Assembly (NCBI GenBank): GCA_039815185.1 | Contig: JBCBZT010000028.1 | Coordinates: 39,650-103,649 of the forward strand | Reading direction: 5' to 3' | Source: Cyanobacteria bacterium P01_A01_bin.123 | GTDB taxonomy: Bacteria; Cyanobacteriota; Cyanobacteriia; Phormidesmidales; Phormidesmidaceae | Length of the DNA stretch: 64,000 nt | Shown: in pieces, positions 48,841 through 61,002 of the stretch | Position numbering within the stretch: position 1 is the first letter of the stretch | Layout of the letters: the number at the start of each line of letters is the position of its first letter | Notes under the pieces: model-generated | Seen by the model: the letters and a program-made list of their open reading frames with translations, nothing else | Told to the model about the DNA's origin: nothing | Databases searched by the model: none | Translations under genes and position numbers: made by a program

Positions 48841-50034
48841 ATGGTCATTTATTTGGACAACAACGCGACTACAAAGGTTGACCCCGATGTTCTAACGGCG
48901 ATGCTGCCCTATTTGAGCGACCTTTACGGCAATCCGTCGTCAATGCACAGCTTTGGAGGGCAGGTCGGTGCCGCTGTCCAAGACGCCAGGGCTCAGATTG
49001 CTGAACTCTTAGGTGCTGAGGACACCGAAATCATCCTCAATAGCTGCGGCAGTGAAGGTAATAACACCGCTATCCATGCTGCCCTAGCCGCCCAACCTGC
49101 GAAACGTCACATCGTCACCACCGCAGTAGAACACCCCGCCATTCTGAATGTGTGCAAGCACTTGGAAAAGAAGGGGTACACCGTCACTTACCTGTCGGTC
49201 GACAGCCGTGGTCAGCTTGACCTGATGGAGTTGGAAGCGGCCATGACTGGGGGCACAGCTCTGGTAACGACGATGTATGCCAATAACGAAACTGGGGTAA
49301 TTTTCCCGGTGGAACAAATTGGTGCGATCGCGAAGGAATACGAAGCCACCTTCCACGTAGACGCGGTGCAGGCAGTCGGTAAAGTGCCGATTAATTTAGC
49401 CACCAGCACCATCGACCTACTCACCCTCTCCGGCCACAAGCTCCATGGGCCCAAAGGCGTCGGTGCCCTCTATGTGCGGCGCGGCTTCCGCTTCCGGCCC
49501 TTCTTGCTAGGTGGGCATCAAGAGCGCGGGCGGCGAGCCGGTACCCACAACGTTGCCGGTATTGTGGCCTTGGGTAAAGCCGCAGAGCAGGCCCGCCAGC
49601 ACCTGCAAAATGTTGCGCAGGAACGGCGCCTGCGGGACTTGCTAGAGACCCAGCTACTCGAGTTGATTCCGAACTGTGTGGTGAATGGCGGAGGCACCAC
49701 CCGTCTGCCCAACACCACTAACATCGGCTTCAAATACATCGAAGGAGAAGCCATCTTGTTCATGCTCAACCAGCATGGCATCTGCGCCTCCTCTGGCTCT
49801 GCCTGCACCTCTGGTTCCCTCGATCCCTCCCATGTGTTGACGGCGATGGGCCTGCCTTACACCATTCTGCACGGTTCAATTCGCTTTAGCTTGTCCCGGT
49901 TCACCACCGAGGCAGAAATCCAGCAAGTGCTGACCGTGATGCCCGGCATCGTCGAAAAACTGCGGGCGATTTCACCCTTCACAGATGACCAATCCGATTG
50001 GTTGCAGGGTCGCGATTTAGCCCATAGTGCGTAG
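48841..50034 (+). CDS. nifS: cysteine desulfurase NifS
   Basis: YLDNNATT, SGHKLHGPKG, SSGSACTSGS. Confidence 0.97.
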   Translation: MVIYLDNNATTKVDPDVLTAMLPYLSDLYGNPSSMHSFGGQVGAAVQDARAQIAELLGAEDTEIILNSCGSEGNNTAIHAALAAQPAKRHIVTTAVEHPAILNVCKHLEKKGYTVTYLSVDSRGQLDLMELEAAMTGGTALVTTMYANNETGVIFPVEQIGAIAKEYEATFHVDAVQAVGKVPINLATSTIDLLTLSGHKLHGPKGVGALYVRRGFRFRPFLLGGHQERGRRAGTHNVAGIVALGKAAEQARQHLQNVAQERRLRDLLETQLLELIPNCVVNGGGTTRLPNTTNIGFKYIEGEAILFMLNQHGICASSGSACTSGSLDPSHVLTAMGLPYTILHGSIRFSLSRFTTEAEIQQVLTVMPGIVEKLRAISPFTDDQSDWLQGRDLAHSA

Positions 50035-50117
50035 GCATCGCGATTAGGAACCACACACGTCTTTCCTCTCCTCCCGTTCCCTTGTCCACCCCTCACCCAT
50101 TCACCCCCGAAAAAGCC

Positions 50118-51026
50118 ATGTGGGACTATTCAGAAAAAGTACTCGACCTGTTCTATAACCCCGTCAACCAGGGGGCGATCGCAGACCCAAATCAACCCGA
50201 CGTGGCTGTGGTCTATGGCGAAGTGGGCAGCATTGCCTGCGGTGATGCTCTTAGATTGCACCTGAAGATTCAAGAGTCCACCGATACGATCTTGGATTCC
50301 CAGTTTCAAACCTTTGGCTGTACGAGTGCGATCGCCTCCTCCTCTGCCCTCACCGAAATCATTAAGGGCAAAACCTTAGATCAAGCGCTCAACATCTCCA
50401 ACCAAGACATTGCCGAATACCTTGGTGGTTTGCCCGAAGCCAAAATGCACTGCTCGGTGATGGGGCAAGAAGCGCTAGAAGCGGCAATCTTCAAATATCG
50501 TGGCATCGAAGTTGAGCAGCATGATGACGACGAAGGCACTCTAATTTGTCAATGCTTCGGCATTACCGAACCCAAGATTCGTCGGGTGATCATCGAAAAC
50601 AGCCTGAGCACTGTAGAGCAAGTCACCAACTACGTCAAAGCAGGCGGTGGCTGTGGCTCCTGTCTGGCAGGTATTGAAGACATCCTGATCGAAGTCCAGC
50701 AGGAAAAAGAGGCTGTCCCTGGGCGGGTTGCAGCGGAGATTGCGGTGGCTCAAGCCCAAGCAGCAGAAGATGCCCCACCCCGGCTCACAACCCTGCAAAA
50801 AATCAACCTGATTCAAAAGGTGCTGGATACCGAAATTCGCCCCATCCTGGTTGCCGATGGCGGTGATGTAGAGCTGTTTGACATTGACGGCGATCGCGTC
50901 CAGGTCTCTCTCAAAGGCGCTTGCGGCGGTTGCTCTAGCAGCACCAGCACCGTCAAATACGCCATTGAAGCCAAGTTACGAGAGTTTGTTTTACCGACCC
51001 TCACTGTTGAGGAGGTCGCCGGGTAA
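50118..51026 (+). CDS. nifU: Fe-S scaffold NifU
   Basis: MWDYSEKV, CGD, FGC, HCS, ICQC...GGCGSC, C-terminal GACGGC. Confidence 0.97.
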   Translation: MWDYSEKVLDLFYNPVNQGAIADPNQPDVAVVYGEVGSIACGDALRLHLKIQESTDTILDSQFQTFGCTSAIASSSALTEIIKGKTLDQALNISNQDIAEYLGGLPEAKMHCSVMGQEALEAAIFKYRGIEVEQHDDDEGTLICQCFGITEPKIRRVIIENSLSTVEQVTNYVKAGGGCGSCLAGIEDILIEVQQEKEAVPGRVAAEIAVAQAQAAEDAPPRLTTLQKINLIQKVLDTEIRPILVADGGDVELFDIDGDRVQVSLKGACGGCSSSTSTVKYAIEAKLREFVLPTLTVEEVAG

Positions 51027-51209
51027 CCGAGTAGATGGGTGACCGAAAGCTCATTTGCTCCTCCACCCTCCCACTCCTCTACCCTACTCCTCTCCTACTC
51101 CTGACAAAATGAACATCCCAAACTGGTTTATTCATTTCGGGCGATCGCCCCCGGCCTGACCCCGAAGTTTCAACGCTTCCCAGCTAAAGAATTCAGCACT
51201 TGAGCCTAA

Positions 51210-51244
51210 CTTCTGACTCCTGACTTCTGAATTCTGACTCCTGA
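51210..51244 (+). repeat. heptamer short tandem repeats (CTGACTC/CTGACTT, STRR-like) upstream of nifH
   Basis: CTTCTGACTCCTGACTTCTGAATTCTGACTCCTGA; the reverse-complement form occurs near 43125-43150. Confidence 0.75.
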
Positions 51245-52168
<924 letters not shown>

Positions 52169-52312
52169 CCCCTGATCATCTGACCGCATCGCCTGAACTG
52201 GGCCGGCACGAGCCAAATCACTTGCGAGCCAGCATTCAGGGCTTCCCCCGCACCCAGTCAGGCATTGTTTCTCCCCCGACCATTACTCCCTACATCAAAC
52301 AGAGAGGGCACC

Positions 52313-53761
52313 ATGACCACCGTAGAAGACAAAAAAGCGCTCGTCCAGGAGGTACTGGACGCCTATCCCGATAAAGCCAAAAAGAGCCGCTCCAAGCACA
52401 TCAATGTCACAGAAGAAGGCGCTTCCGATTGTGGCGTTAAGTCCAACAAAAAATCCGTTCCCGGCGTCATGACCACCCGTGGCTGCGCCTATGCAGGAGC
52501 CAAAGGGGTGGTCTGGGGCCCCGTCAAGGACATGATTCACATCAGCCACGGCCCGGTCGGTTGCGGCTACTACTCCTGGTCCGGTCGCCGCAACTACTAT
52601 GTCGGCACCACCGGAGTAGATACCTTCGGCACCATGCAGTTCACCTCTGACTTCCAAGAACGCGACATCGTCTTCGGCGGTGATAAAAAACTCGACAAGC
52701 TCATCGACGAACTCGAAGTCCTCTTCCCCCTCAGTAAAGGCACCACGATTGAATCCGAATGCCCGGTAGGTCTAATCGGTGATGACATCGAAGCTGTTGC
52801 CAAGAAGCAAGCCAAAAAGACAGGCAAGCCGGTTGTTCCCGTCCGTTGCGAAGGGTTCCGGGGTGTTTCCCAATCCCTAGGTCACCACATTGCTAATGAC
52901 ACTGTTCGTGACTGGGTGCTGCCCAAGGCCGACGAGTACCGTCAACTGCCCGAAGGCTTTGAGCCTAGCCCCTACGATGTCAACATCATTGGTGACTACA
53001 ACATTGGTGGTGACGCCTGGCCCAGCCGTCGGTTGCTTGAAGACATGGGTCTACGGGTAATCTGCCAGTTTTCTGGGGATGGCACCTTCAACGAAGTCGT
53101 GATGACGCCTTTGGCGAAGATGAATCTGATCCACTGCTACCGCTCTATGAACTATATCTGCCGCTTCATGGAAGAGAAGTATCAGATTCCCTGGTTAGAG
53201 TACAACTTCTTTGGCCCCTCCCAGATTGCCAAGTCTTTACGCAAGATTGCGGCTCAGTTTGATGAAACCATCCAGGCCAAAGCTGAAAAAGTGATCGCTG
53301 ACAACCAAGCGCGGATGGATGCCATCATCGCCAAGTATCGTTCCCGCTTAGAAGGCAAGACCGTGATGATGATGGTTGGCGGACTGCGTCCCCGCCACGT
53401 TATCCCCGCCTTCGAAGACTTGGGCATGAACGTGATTGGGACTGGCTATGAATTCGGCCATGGTGACGACTACAAGCGCACCGCCGACTACGTCAAAGAA
53501 GGCACCGTGATCTACGACGACGTCAGTGGTTATGAATTCGAAGAGTTGGCCAAGCAACTCAACCCTGACCTGATCGCGGCTGGCATCAAAGAGAAGTACG
53601 TCTTCCAGAAAATGGCCCTGCCCTTCCGTCAGATGCACTCCTGGGATTATTCCGGTCCTTACCACGGCTACGAAGGCTTCGAAGTCTTCGCCCGTGATAT
53701 GGACTTAGCCATCAACAATCCCACCTGGAGCTTGATCAACGCCCCGTGGCAAGCCGCGTAG
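52313..53761 (+). CDS. nifD: nitrogenase MoFe protein alpha chain
   Basis: GCAYAG, HGPVGC, HCYRS, GGLRPRH, MHSWDY; no excision element. Confidence 0.99.
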   Translation: MTTVEDKKALVQEVLDAYPDKAKKSRSKHINVTEEGASDCGVKSNKKSVPGVMTTRGCAYAGAKGVVWGPVKDMIHISHGPVGCGYYSWSGRRNYYVGTTGVDTFGTMQFTSDFQERDIVFGGDKKLDKLIDELEVLFPLSKGTTIESECPVGLIGDDIEAVAKKQAKKTGKPVVPVRCEGFRGVSQSLGHHIANDTVRDWVLPKADEYRQLPEGFEPSPYDVNIIGDYNIGGDAWPSRRLLEDMGLRVICQFSGDGTFNEVVMTPLAKMNLIHCYRSMNYICRFMEEKYQIPWLEYNFFGPSQIAKSLRKIAAQFDETIQAKAEKVIADNQARMDAIIAKYRSRLEGKTVMMMVGGLRPRHVIPAFEDLGMNVIGTGYEFGHGDDYKRTADYVKEGTVIYDDVSGYEFEELAKQLNPDLIAAGIKEKYVFQKMALPFRQMHSWDYSGPYHGYEGFEVFARDMDLAINNPTWSLINAPWQAA

Positions 53762-53923
53762 GTAGCTCAGGAGCAGGGGGAGCTAGGGAGCAGGGGAAGT
53801 TAGAGAAAAGTCATTCCTCATCTTCCCGGTTCCTAATATCTTACCCCTGCCCCCTCCGCTCCCTTGCTCCCTCTGCCATCCTCGCCCATCCTTCTCCCCC
53901 TCGCCTATCCCAAGGAGATCATC

Positions 53924-55492
53924 ATGACTGAGAACACCAATCCCCAAGTGCCGGAGAACACGCCAGAGCCCGGCAAAATTCAAGACCACTTTGATCTGTT
54001 CCAAACGGATACTTACCAAGACTTATTTGAGTACAAGCGCCAGTTTGAAGGAGCCCACAGCCGCGAGTCGGTGGCTGAAGTTGCAGAATGGACAAAGTCT
54101 TGGGACTACCGAGAAAAGAATTTTGAGCGTACAGCGCTAACTGTCAACCCAGCCAAAGCTTGTCAGCCGCTAGGCTCACTGTTCGTTGCAGCTGGTTTTG
54201 AAGGTACTCTACCCTACAGCCACGGTTCCCAAGGCTGTGTGGCTTACTTCCGCACCCACTTAACCCGCAACTATAAAGAGCCCTTCCAAGCTGTTTCCTC
54301 TTCCATGACGGAAGATGCGGCTGTATTCGGTGGCCTCAATAACCTCAAGCAGGGTCTGAATAATGCCTACACCCTCTACAATCCCAAGATGATTGCGCTG
54401 TGCACCACCTGCATGGCTGAGGTCATTGGGGATGACATCGGGGCCTTTATTCAAACGGCTAAAAACGAGGACTTAATTCCTCAAGATCTGCCCGTGCCCT
54501 CGGCGCACACCCCCAGCTTTGTCGGTTCCCATATCACTGGCTATGACAATATGCTTAGGAGCATATTGACGACGTTGACCGAAGGCAAAAAGGCTGAAAC
54601 CACCAACGGCAAGTTCAACTTCAACTTGGGCTTTGACCCCTACGTCGGCAATACCCGTGAGTTGAAGCGGATTCTGGGCCTGTTTGGTATTGACTACACG
54701 ATCTTGTCCGACAACTCCGATGCGTTTGATTCCCCCAACACGGGTGAATTCAAGATGTATAACGGACTCACCACCCTAGAAGATGCGGGTGATTCGATCA
54801 ACGGTGAAGGGACCTTCTTCTTCCAGAAGTACACCACACCCAAAACTCAAGAGTACATCGCCAAAGAATGGGAACAGAAGACCTACAACTTCCGACCCTT
54901 TGGCATCAAAGGCACCGATGAGTTCTTGATGGCCCTCTCCGCTATCACAGGCAAGCCAATTCCCCTAGAACTCCAGCAAGAGCGAGGCCGCGCCGTAGAC
55001 GCGATGACCGACTCTCAAGCTTGGATTCACGGTAAGCGCGTTGCCCTCTATGGCGACCCCGACCATGTGTTTGGCATTACCCAGTTCTTGCTAGAAATGG
55101 GTGCTGAGCCTGTACACATCGTGGTCACCAACTCCAACCCCGATTTTGAAGCCGAACTCCGTGAGGTGCTCACCAACAGCCCCTACGGACAAGATGCCAC
55201 GATCTGGGGCAAGAAGGATTTGTGGCATCTACGCTCCCTCATGTTCACCGAGCCCGTTGATCTCCTGATCGGCAACTCCTACGGCAAGTACCTCTGGCGT
55301 GATACCCACACACCCCTAGTGCGCATTGGCTATCCCATCTTCGATCGCCATCACATGCACCGCTATGCCACCCTTGGCTACCAAGGCGCGATCAACCAGT
55401 TCAACTGGATCATCAACACCATCCTGGATGAGCTCGATCGTCAGACCATCGTACCCGCGAAGACCGATATCTCCTTTGACTTGATCCGCTAA
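53924..55492 (+). CDS. nifK: nitrogenase MoFe protein beta chain
   Basis: NPAKACQP, HGSQGC, TTCMAE, FDLIR terminus. Confidence 0.99.
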   Translation: MTENTNPQVPENTPEPGKIQDHFDLFQTDTYQDLFEYKRQFEGAHSRESVAEVAEWTKSWDYREKNFERTALTVNPAKACQPLGSLFVAAGFEGTLPYSHGSQGCVAYFRTHLTRNYKEPFQAVSSSMTEDAAVFGGLNNLKQGLNNAYTLYNPKMIALCTTCMAEVIGDDIGAFIQTAKNEDLIPQDLPVPSAHTPSFVGSHITGYDNMLRSILTTLTEGKKAETTNGKFNFNLGFDPYVGNTRELKRILGLFGIDYTILSDNSDAFDSPNTGEFKMYNGLTTLEDAGDSINGEGTFFFQKYTTPKTQEYIAKEWEQKTYNFRPFGIKGTDEFLMALSAITGKPIPLELQQERGRAVDAMTDSQAWIHGKRVALYGDPDHVFGITQFLLEMGAEPVHIVVTNSNPDFEAELREVLTNSPYGQDATIWGKKDLWHLRSLMFTEPVDLLIGNSYGKYLWRDTHTPLVRIGYPIFDRHHMHRYATLGYQGAINQFNWIINTILDELDRQTIVPAKTDISFDLIR

Positions 55493-55686
55493 AAGTCAGC
55501 GAGTAGGGGATGCAGGGGAAGTAGGGGAGGGCAAGGGAAGCAAAAGAAAAAGAAGTAAATGAGCGGTTGGTTAAACACCTTAGCCAATACCCACTCCTTC
55601 TCTTCTCCCTTGCTTCCCCAGATCCTCCCACTCCCCCATCTTCCCCACTCCTCTAACTCCCCTCGCTCCCTCTCTTCCTAACCGCT

Positions 55687-55980
55687 ATGAAACTCAGCGA
55701 AGAAATCGAAATCGACTCTCCCCCCGCGTTTGAAATGGGAAGCCGCGTCCGGGTTCGTAAGGTGATTCGCAATGACGGCACCTTTCCCGGTAAAGACATC
55801 GGTTTCCACCTGGCTAAAAAAGGTGACGTCGGCTATATCGTCGGCATTGGCACCTATCTGCAGCGGGCCTACATCTATTCAGTTCATTTTCTAGAAACAA
55901 ACTACGTTGTGGGTTGCCTCAAAAAAGAACTCGATTTGGCAGAAGATCGTCAGCCCCTAATTGAGCAAGAAGACTGGTAG
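55687..55980 (+). CDS. nifZ: NifZ
   Basis: IRNDGTFPG...G.VGYI..IGTYLQ..YIYSVHF...VVGC. Confidence 0.93.
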   Translation: MKLSEEIEIDSPPAFEMGSRVRVRKVIRNDGTFPGKDIGFHLAKKGDVGYIVGIGTYLQRAYIYSVHFLETNYVVGCLKKELDLAEDRQPLIEQEDW

Positions 55981-56065
55981 CGATCGCCTCTTGAGACGGC
56001 TCTTCGAGCATCGCCCCCTTAACCCAACTCCTCCCACTATTTCCTCATATTTTGAACGTAATGCC

Positions 56066-56359
56066 ATGAGCTTCCTCCACCTTCCTAACCCCCAGTCGCC
56101 TCCGACGCTCACCATTGCGCCACTCGCGCCCCTGCGACAGTGGATTAATACTATCGAAGTTCGCAATATCCACGTGGCCCAATGGATTTGTCGCCTCATC
56201 CCCAATACCTGCTCCGCTGGCTACGACCTGCGCCTACTGGGTCGCACCTGGCTGCATATCCCCGCCCTATGTAAATTAACCCCCTTCCAAGACGAACTCT
56301 TCGACCTCCGCTTCCGCGCCGCCGACTTCCTTTACGAACACACCCATCCCACCGCCTAG
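56066..56359 (+). CDS. Mo-dependent nitrogenase C-terminal domain protein
   Basis: PLRQWI..IEV...A..IC.LIP..C...HIP.LCKL.P...L..LRFRA. Confidence 0.8.
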   Translation: MSFLHLPNPQSPPTLTIAPLAPLRQWINTIEVRNIHVAQWICRLIPNTCSAGYDLRLLGRTWLHIPALCKLTPFQDELFDLRFRAADFLYEHTHPTA

Positions 56360-56417
56360 TTCCTCTCCCCATCCCCCCTCTCACCCCATCCCCGCACCCC
56401 TCACCCCCCTCATCGCC

Positions 56418-59369
56418 ATGAAAATGACGGCAGGCAAAATCAACGAGCTCCTGACCCAACCGGGCTGCGAGCACAACCATAAAAAAGAAGGCAAAGGCAA
56501 AAACAAAGCCTGTCAACAACAGGCTCAGCCCGGTGCCGCCCAAGGGGGATGTGCCTTTGACGGAGCCAGCATCGCTCTGGTGCCGATCACCGATGTCGCC
56601 CATCTCGTCCACGGCCCAATTGCCTGTGCCGGCAACTCCTGGGGTAGCCGAGGCAGCCTCTCCTCAGGGCCGATGATTTACAAAATGGGCTTCACCACTG
56701 ACCTGAGCGAAAACGACATCATTTTTGGTGGGGAAAAGAAACTCTACAAAGCGATCCATGAGGTTAAAGAACGCTACAGCCCTGCCGCCATCTTTGTCTA
56801 CCTCACCTGTGTGACCGCACTCATTGGAGATGACTTGGATGCCGTTTGTCGAAAAGCCAGCGAAAAGTTCGACATTCCCGTCGTACCTGTCAGTTCCCCT
56901 GGCTTTGTCGGCAGCAAAAACCTAGGTAACCGCATCGGTGGCGAAGCACTGCTGGAATATGTGGTTGGCACTCAGGAACCTGACTACACCACCCCCTACG
57001 ACATCAACCTAATCGGCGAATACAACATCGCTGGAGAACTCTGGGGCGTGCTGCCGATACTAGAGAAAGCGGGAATTCGCGTATTGTCGAAGATCACAGG
57101 CGATGCCCGCTACCGGGAAGTTGCCTATGCCCATCGAGCCAAACTCAACGTGATGATCTGTTCCAAAGCGTTGGTCAATATGGCTCACAAGATGCAGGAA
57201 CGCTACGGTATTCCCTACATCGAAGCCTCGATTTATGGCGTTGAAGATATGAATAACCTGTTGCGAAACATCGCAGCAAAGCTGGGGGATGCCGATCTTA
57301 AGGCTCGTGTTGAAACGCTGATCCAATCCGAAGTCGCACAGCTTAATGAGGCCCTGCTTCCTTACCGTCAGCGCCTCCAAGGTAAGCGAGTTGTGCTCTA
57401 CACCGGGGGCGTCAAGAGCTGGTCAATCATCTCGGCGGCCAACGATTTAGGCATAGAAGTGGCAGCCACCAGCACTAAAAAGAGCACTGAAGAAGACAAA
57501 GCCCGAATTAAAACCCTGCTGGGCAAAGACGGCATCATGCTGCAAAAAGGCAATGCCCAAGAACTGCTCAAAGTGATTGCAAAAACCAAAGCCGACATGC
57601 TGATCGCGGGTGGACGCAACCAATACACCGCCCTCAAGGCTAAAGTTCCCTTCCTTGACATCAACCAAGAACGCCACCATCCCTATGCGGGCTATATCGG
57701 CATGATCGAGATGGCCAAAGAATTGGATGAAGCGCTTCATAGTCCGATTTGGGAGCAGGTGCGGCGCGTAGCGCCGTGGGAGAGTGGGAGAGTAGGAGAG
57801 GAGAAGGCAGAAGGCAGAAGGCAGAAGGCAGAAATAATCAATCCAAAATCCGCAATCCAAAACCCCAAATCCCCCCATCCTCCTGCCCCCCCATCTGCTC
57901 CTCCCTCCTGCCCCCTCCCCTCCCCTGCTACAAAAGTGGTTTCCCGCAGAAAAGGCGTTGCGGTCAACCCGCTGAAGCAAAGCCAGCCCCTGGGTGCAGC
58001 CCTCGCCTATTTAGGTGTCAAAGGCATCATGCCGCTGTTCCATGGGTCCCAGGGTTGTACGGCGTTTGCCAAGGTGATGCTGGTGCGGCACTTTCGAGAG
58101 GCTATTCCGCTCTCGACAACGGCGATGACAGAAGTATCGACGATTCTCGGCGGTGAAGACAACGTTGAAACGGCGCTGTTGACGTTGTTAGAGAAGTCTC
58201 AGCCGGAGATCGTCGGCCTCTGCACCACTGGCCTAACGGAGACGCGGGGTGATGATATGCAGGGCATTCTGCGGACTATCCGCAAGCGCCGCCCAGAACT
58301 GGCTAACTTGCCGATTGCCTTTGCCTCGACGCCTGACTTTAAAGGTGCTTTGCAAGATGGCTATGCTGCCGCTGTAGAGGCGCTAGTCCGCGATATTCCC
58401 ATCGGCAAAGAAGATGGTTCAAAGCTAGATGAGCTTTATGCCGATCCCTTCTATTCCCAGACGCTGCCAAGCATCCGTCAAGTGACCGTGTTGGCAGGCC
58501 CTTCCCTCGCACCTGGTGATGTGCAAGCCGTGAAGGACATCGTTGCGGCATTCAACCTCAAGCCAGTCGTATTGCCCGATCTGTCCACATCCTTAGACGG
58601 ACATTTGTCCGATGGCTATAGCGCTGTCACCAGCGGCGGTACGACGCTGGCGGATGTGCAATCGCTGGGTCACTCAACCTTTACCCTGGCTTTGGGCAAT
58701 ACCATGGCCACCGCTGCTGAAACTCTCCAGAAACGTTTCGGTACGGAGTTTTCCGTCTTCAAGAGTTTGACGGGATTAGGGGAAGTCGATCAGTTTCTGC
58801 AAACGCTCTCGGAAATTAGCGGCCAGCCCGTGCCTGAAAAATTCCGGCATCAACGCCGACAGTTGCAGGATGCCATCCTCGACACCCACTTTTTCTTTGG
58901 CCGCAAACGCGTTGCCCTAGCCCTAGAACCCGACTTGCTCCACACCATTGCCTGGTGGCTCAATACCACTGGCGCTAAAGTCCACGCCGCCGTCACCACG
59001 ACCAAATCCAAACTGCTCAAAGATCTACCCATCGACACCGTCACCATCGGTGATCTAGAAGACTTTGCAGAGCTGGCCCAAGGTGCCGATTTGCTGATCG
59101 CCAACTCCAACGCCAAAGCCCTCTCAAAAAGTTTGGATATTCCCCTCTATCGCCTCGGCTTTCCTGTATTTGATCGCCTCGGCAATGGTCGCCGCTGCAC
59201 CGTCGGCTACGACGGCACGACCCAACTCCTATTCGATATCGGCAACCTGTTTATGGAGACCGATGAAGCCCATGCCCATGCTCAAGTTCATGCCTGGCGG
59301 GAAGGCGAGCTTGGCGGTCAGGCCTTAGAAGACGGGAGTCAGGTGTTATCACCCGTCTCAATTGCCTAA
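56418..59369 (+). CDS. nifEN: fused FeMo-cofactor scaffold NifEN
   Basis: NifE half ([23 protein letters not shown]) and NifN half ([18 protein letters not shown]) in one frame with a low-complexity linker. Confidence 0.95.
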   Translation: MKMTAGKINELLTQPGCEHNHKKEGKGKNKACQQQAQPGAAQGGCAFDGASIALVPITDVAHLVHGPIACAGNSWGSRGSLSSGPMIYKMGFTTDLSENDIIFGGEKKLYKAIHEVKERYSPAAIFVYLTCVTALIGDDLDAVCRKASEKFDIPVVPVSSPGFVGSKNLGNRIGGEALLEYVVGTQEPDYTTPYDINLIGEYNIAGELWGVLPILEKAGIRVLSKITGDARYREVAYAHRAKLNVMICSKALVNMAHKMQERYGIPYIEASIYGVEDMNNLLRNIAAKLGDADLKARVETLIQSEVAQLNEALLPYRQRLQGKRVVLYTGGVKSWSIISAANDLGIEVAATSTKKSTEEDKARIKTLLGKDGIMLQKGNAQELLKVIAKTKADMLIAGGRNQYTALKAKVPFLDINQERHHPYAGYIGMIEMAKELDEALHSPIWEQVRRVAPWESGRVGEEKAEGRRQKAEIINPKSAIQNPKSPHPPAPPSAPPSCPLPSPATKVVSRRKGVAVNPLKQSQPLGAALAYLGVKGIMPLFHGSQGCTAFAKVMLVRHFREAIPLSTTAMTEVSTILGGEDNVETALLTLLEKSQPEIVGLCTTGLTETRGDDMQGILRTIRKRRPELANLPIAFASTPDFKGALQDGYAAAVEALVRDIPIGKEDGSKLDELYADPFYSQTLPSIRQVTVLAGPSLAPGDVQAVKDIVAAFNLKPVVLPDLSTSLDGHLSDGYSAVTSGGTTLADVQSLGHSTFTLALGNTMATAAETLQKRFGTEFSVFKSLTGLGEVDQFLQTLSEISGQPVPEKFRHQRRQLQDAILDTHFFFGRKRVALALEPDLLHTIAWWLNTTGAKVHAAVTTTKSKLLKDLPIDTVTIGDLEDFAELAQGADLLIANSNAKALSKSLDIPLYRLGFPVFDRLGNGRRCTVGYDGTTQLLFDIGNLFMETDEAHAHAQVHAWREGELGGQALEDGSQVLSPVSIA
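57803..57830 (+). repeat. four tandem GAAGGCA heptamers inside nifEN
   Basis: GAAGGCA x4 read directly from the sequence. Confidence 0.9.
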
Positions 59370-59433
59370 AAGAAGATAGACACCAACCGCCTGAATTCTT
59401 TCCTTTATGACAACTGACGGAAGGAGACCCCTA

Positions 59434-59865
59434 ATGAAAGTCGCATTCACCACCCGAGACTCAGTCCACATCAATGCCCACTTTGGCTCAGCACCCCAAA
59501 TTGATGTCTACGAAGCCAACACTGACGGCTATACCTTTCTAGAGAGCCGCACCTTCCAGGGCAACTTGAAGGAAGACGGCAATGAGGACAAGCTGGCCCC
59601 CAAGGTGAAAGCGCTGCAGGACTGCACTCTGGTCTATGTTTCGGCCATTGGTGGCAGTGCCGCTGGTCGGTTGATTCGCAACAACATTACCCCCGTTAAG
59701 GCCCAAGTGCCAGATGAAGACGCAATCCAAGATACGTTGGCGCAGCTGGTACAGATGCTTAACGGTAGCCCGCCCCCGTGGCTCCGTAAGGCGCTGTTAA
59801 AGAGCCAGCCCCAAGACAGCTTTGAAGACGAATTTGAAACCCTAGAGGAGGAAATAACCGTATGA
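59434..59865 (+). CDS. nifX: NifX
   Basis: MKVAFTT...NAHFGSA, DGNEDKL, AIGGSAA, PPPWLRKAL; RBS AGGAG. Confidence 0.95.
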   Translation: MKVAFTTRDSVHINAHFGSAPQIDVYEANTDGYTFLESRTFQGNLKEDGNEDKLAPKVKALQDCTLVYVSAIGGSAAGRLIRNNITPVKAQVPDEDAIQDTLAQLVQMLNGSPPPWLRKALLKSQPQDSFEDEFETLEEEITV

Positions 59866-60341
59866 GCCCCGTTGAAGCCCCTGCTGCTGTAGATGCAGCG
59901 TTAACCATTGACAATTCACCTTTTCTGAAAGCAATCATTCAGCAAATTCGCGCCAATGATGCCTATGGTACCTACCGCAATTGGGCCGATGAAATCTTAC
60001 TGAAGCCCTATATCATTGCCAAGAAAAAACGCCGGGAAATCCCTGTAGAAGGCGATGTAGACCCGATCACGTTGGGTCGAATTTTGGGATTCTACCGCGC
60101 GATCGCAGCCCGGATCGAAGAAGAAACCGGCCAACTTTCCCAAGTTGTCGTCGATCTCAGTCACGAAGGTTTTGGCTGGGCCTTAATCTTCTCCGGTCGC
60201 CTCATCCTAGTGTCAAAGACCCTGCGAGATGCTCAGCGCTTCGGGTTTGATTCTCTAGAGAAACTCAATGCTGAAGGCGAAAAGCTCGTCCAAAAAGGCA
60301 TTGATCTTGCCCGCAAATACCCCGAGGTCTGCGACGTTTAG
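59862..60341 (+). CDS. NifX-associated protein (DUF269)
   Basis: QIRANDAYG, SHEGFG, LRDAQRFGFDS. Confidence 0.9.
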   Translation: MSPVEAPAAVDAALTIDNSPFLKAIIQQIRANDAYGTYRNWADEILLKPYIIAKKKRREIPVEGDVDPITLGRILGFYRAIAARIEEETGQLSQVVVDLSHEGFGWALIFSGRLILVSKTLRDAQRFGFDSLEKLNAEGEKLVQKGIDLARKYPEVCDV

Positions 60342-60351
60342 GCATCCCCCA

Positions 60352-60379
60352 GTACAGACGCGATCTTAATCGCGTCTCT
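60352..60379. repeat. REP-like short palindromic element
   Basis: GTACAGACGCGAT-CTTA-ATCGCGTCTCT. Confidence 0.65.
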
Positions 60380-60414
60380 GGGCCATCCCCTTTCCATCTA
60401 ACCCCCTATTGCCC

Positions 60415-60636
60415 ATGCCCCAAACCACCACACCTACCGTCATTGACGACCTAAAAAAACAAATCAAAAAGCTCAATAGCAAGGCCGGTCAGATGAAGAT
60501 GGATCTCCACGACATCGCCGAAGGCCTCCCCGCTGATCTAGAACAGCTCCCCGAAGCCGCTGAACGCACCTATCAAATCTACTGCCAACTTCGGGATCTT
60601 AAACAACAACTCAAAACCATGGAGGCCGCTCAATGA
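60415..60636 (+). CDS. CCE_0567 family (DUF683) nif-associated protein
   Basis: IKKLNSKAGQMKMDLHDIAEGLP. Confidence 0.88.
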   Translation: MPQTTTPTVIDDLKKQIKKLNSKAGQMKMDLHDIAEGLPADLEQLPEAAERTYQIYCQLRDLKQQLKTMEAAQ

Positions 60637-60938
60637 CGACCTTAGTTCAGTTCAATCAGCTCAAAGATGCCGAAGAATATTTTGAGTTCTTCAACCTGCC
60701 CTATGATCCTCAGATCGTTAACGTCAATCGGCTGCATATTCTGAGGAAGTTCTCCCAGCTCGTACAAGCAGAGGATAAAACCCAAAGCGAAGCGCAACTG
60801 CTCAGCACCTATCGGCAAGCCCTACAGACCGCCTACGACTTGTTTTTGAGCTCTTCTGGGGTGGAACAAAAGCTGTTTAAGGTGTTCAAGGATAAGCCCA
60901 AAAATGTCGTACTGCTCTCAGATATTGCTCCGGAATAG
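60633..60938 (+). CDS. nifW: NifW
   Basis: L.DAEEYFEFF.LPYD...VNVNRLHILRKF, KLFKVF. Confidence 0.95.
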   Translation: MTTLVQFNQLKDAEEYFEFFNLPYDPQIVNVNRLHILRKFSQLVQAEDKTQSEAQLLSTYRQALQTAYDLFLSSSGVEQKLFKVFKDKPKNVVLLSDIAPE

Positions 60939-61002
60939 GACATTTATCTGTACTGCATGACAGTCTTAACGAACAGCCCATCCCTATCACCCACTACCCG
61001 TT

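Noticed and set aside
53760..55680. Purine- and pyrimidine-rich repeats flanking nifK as a possible CRISPR or mobile element
   Set aside because: Degenerate 7-8 bp units with no spacers, cas genes or transposase; ordinary cyanobacterial short tandem repeats
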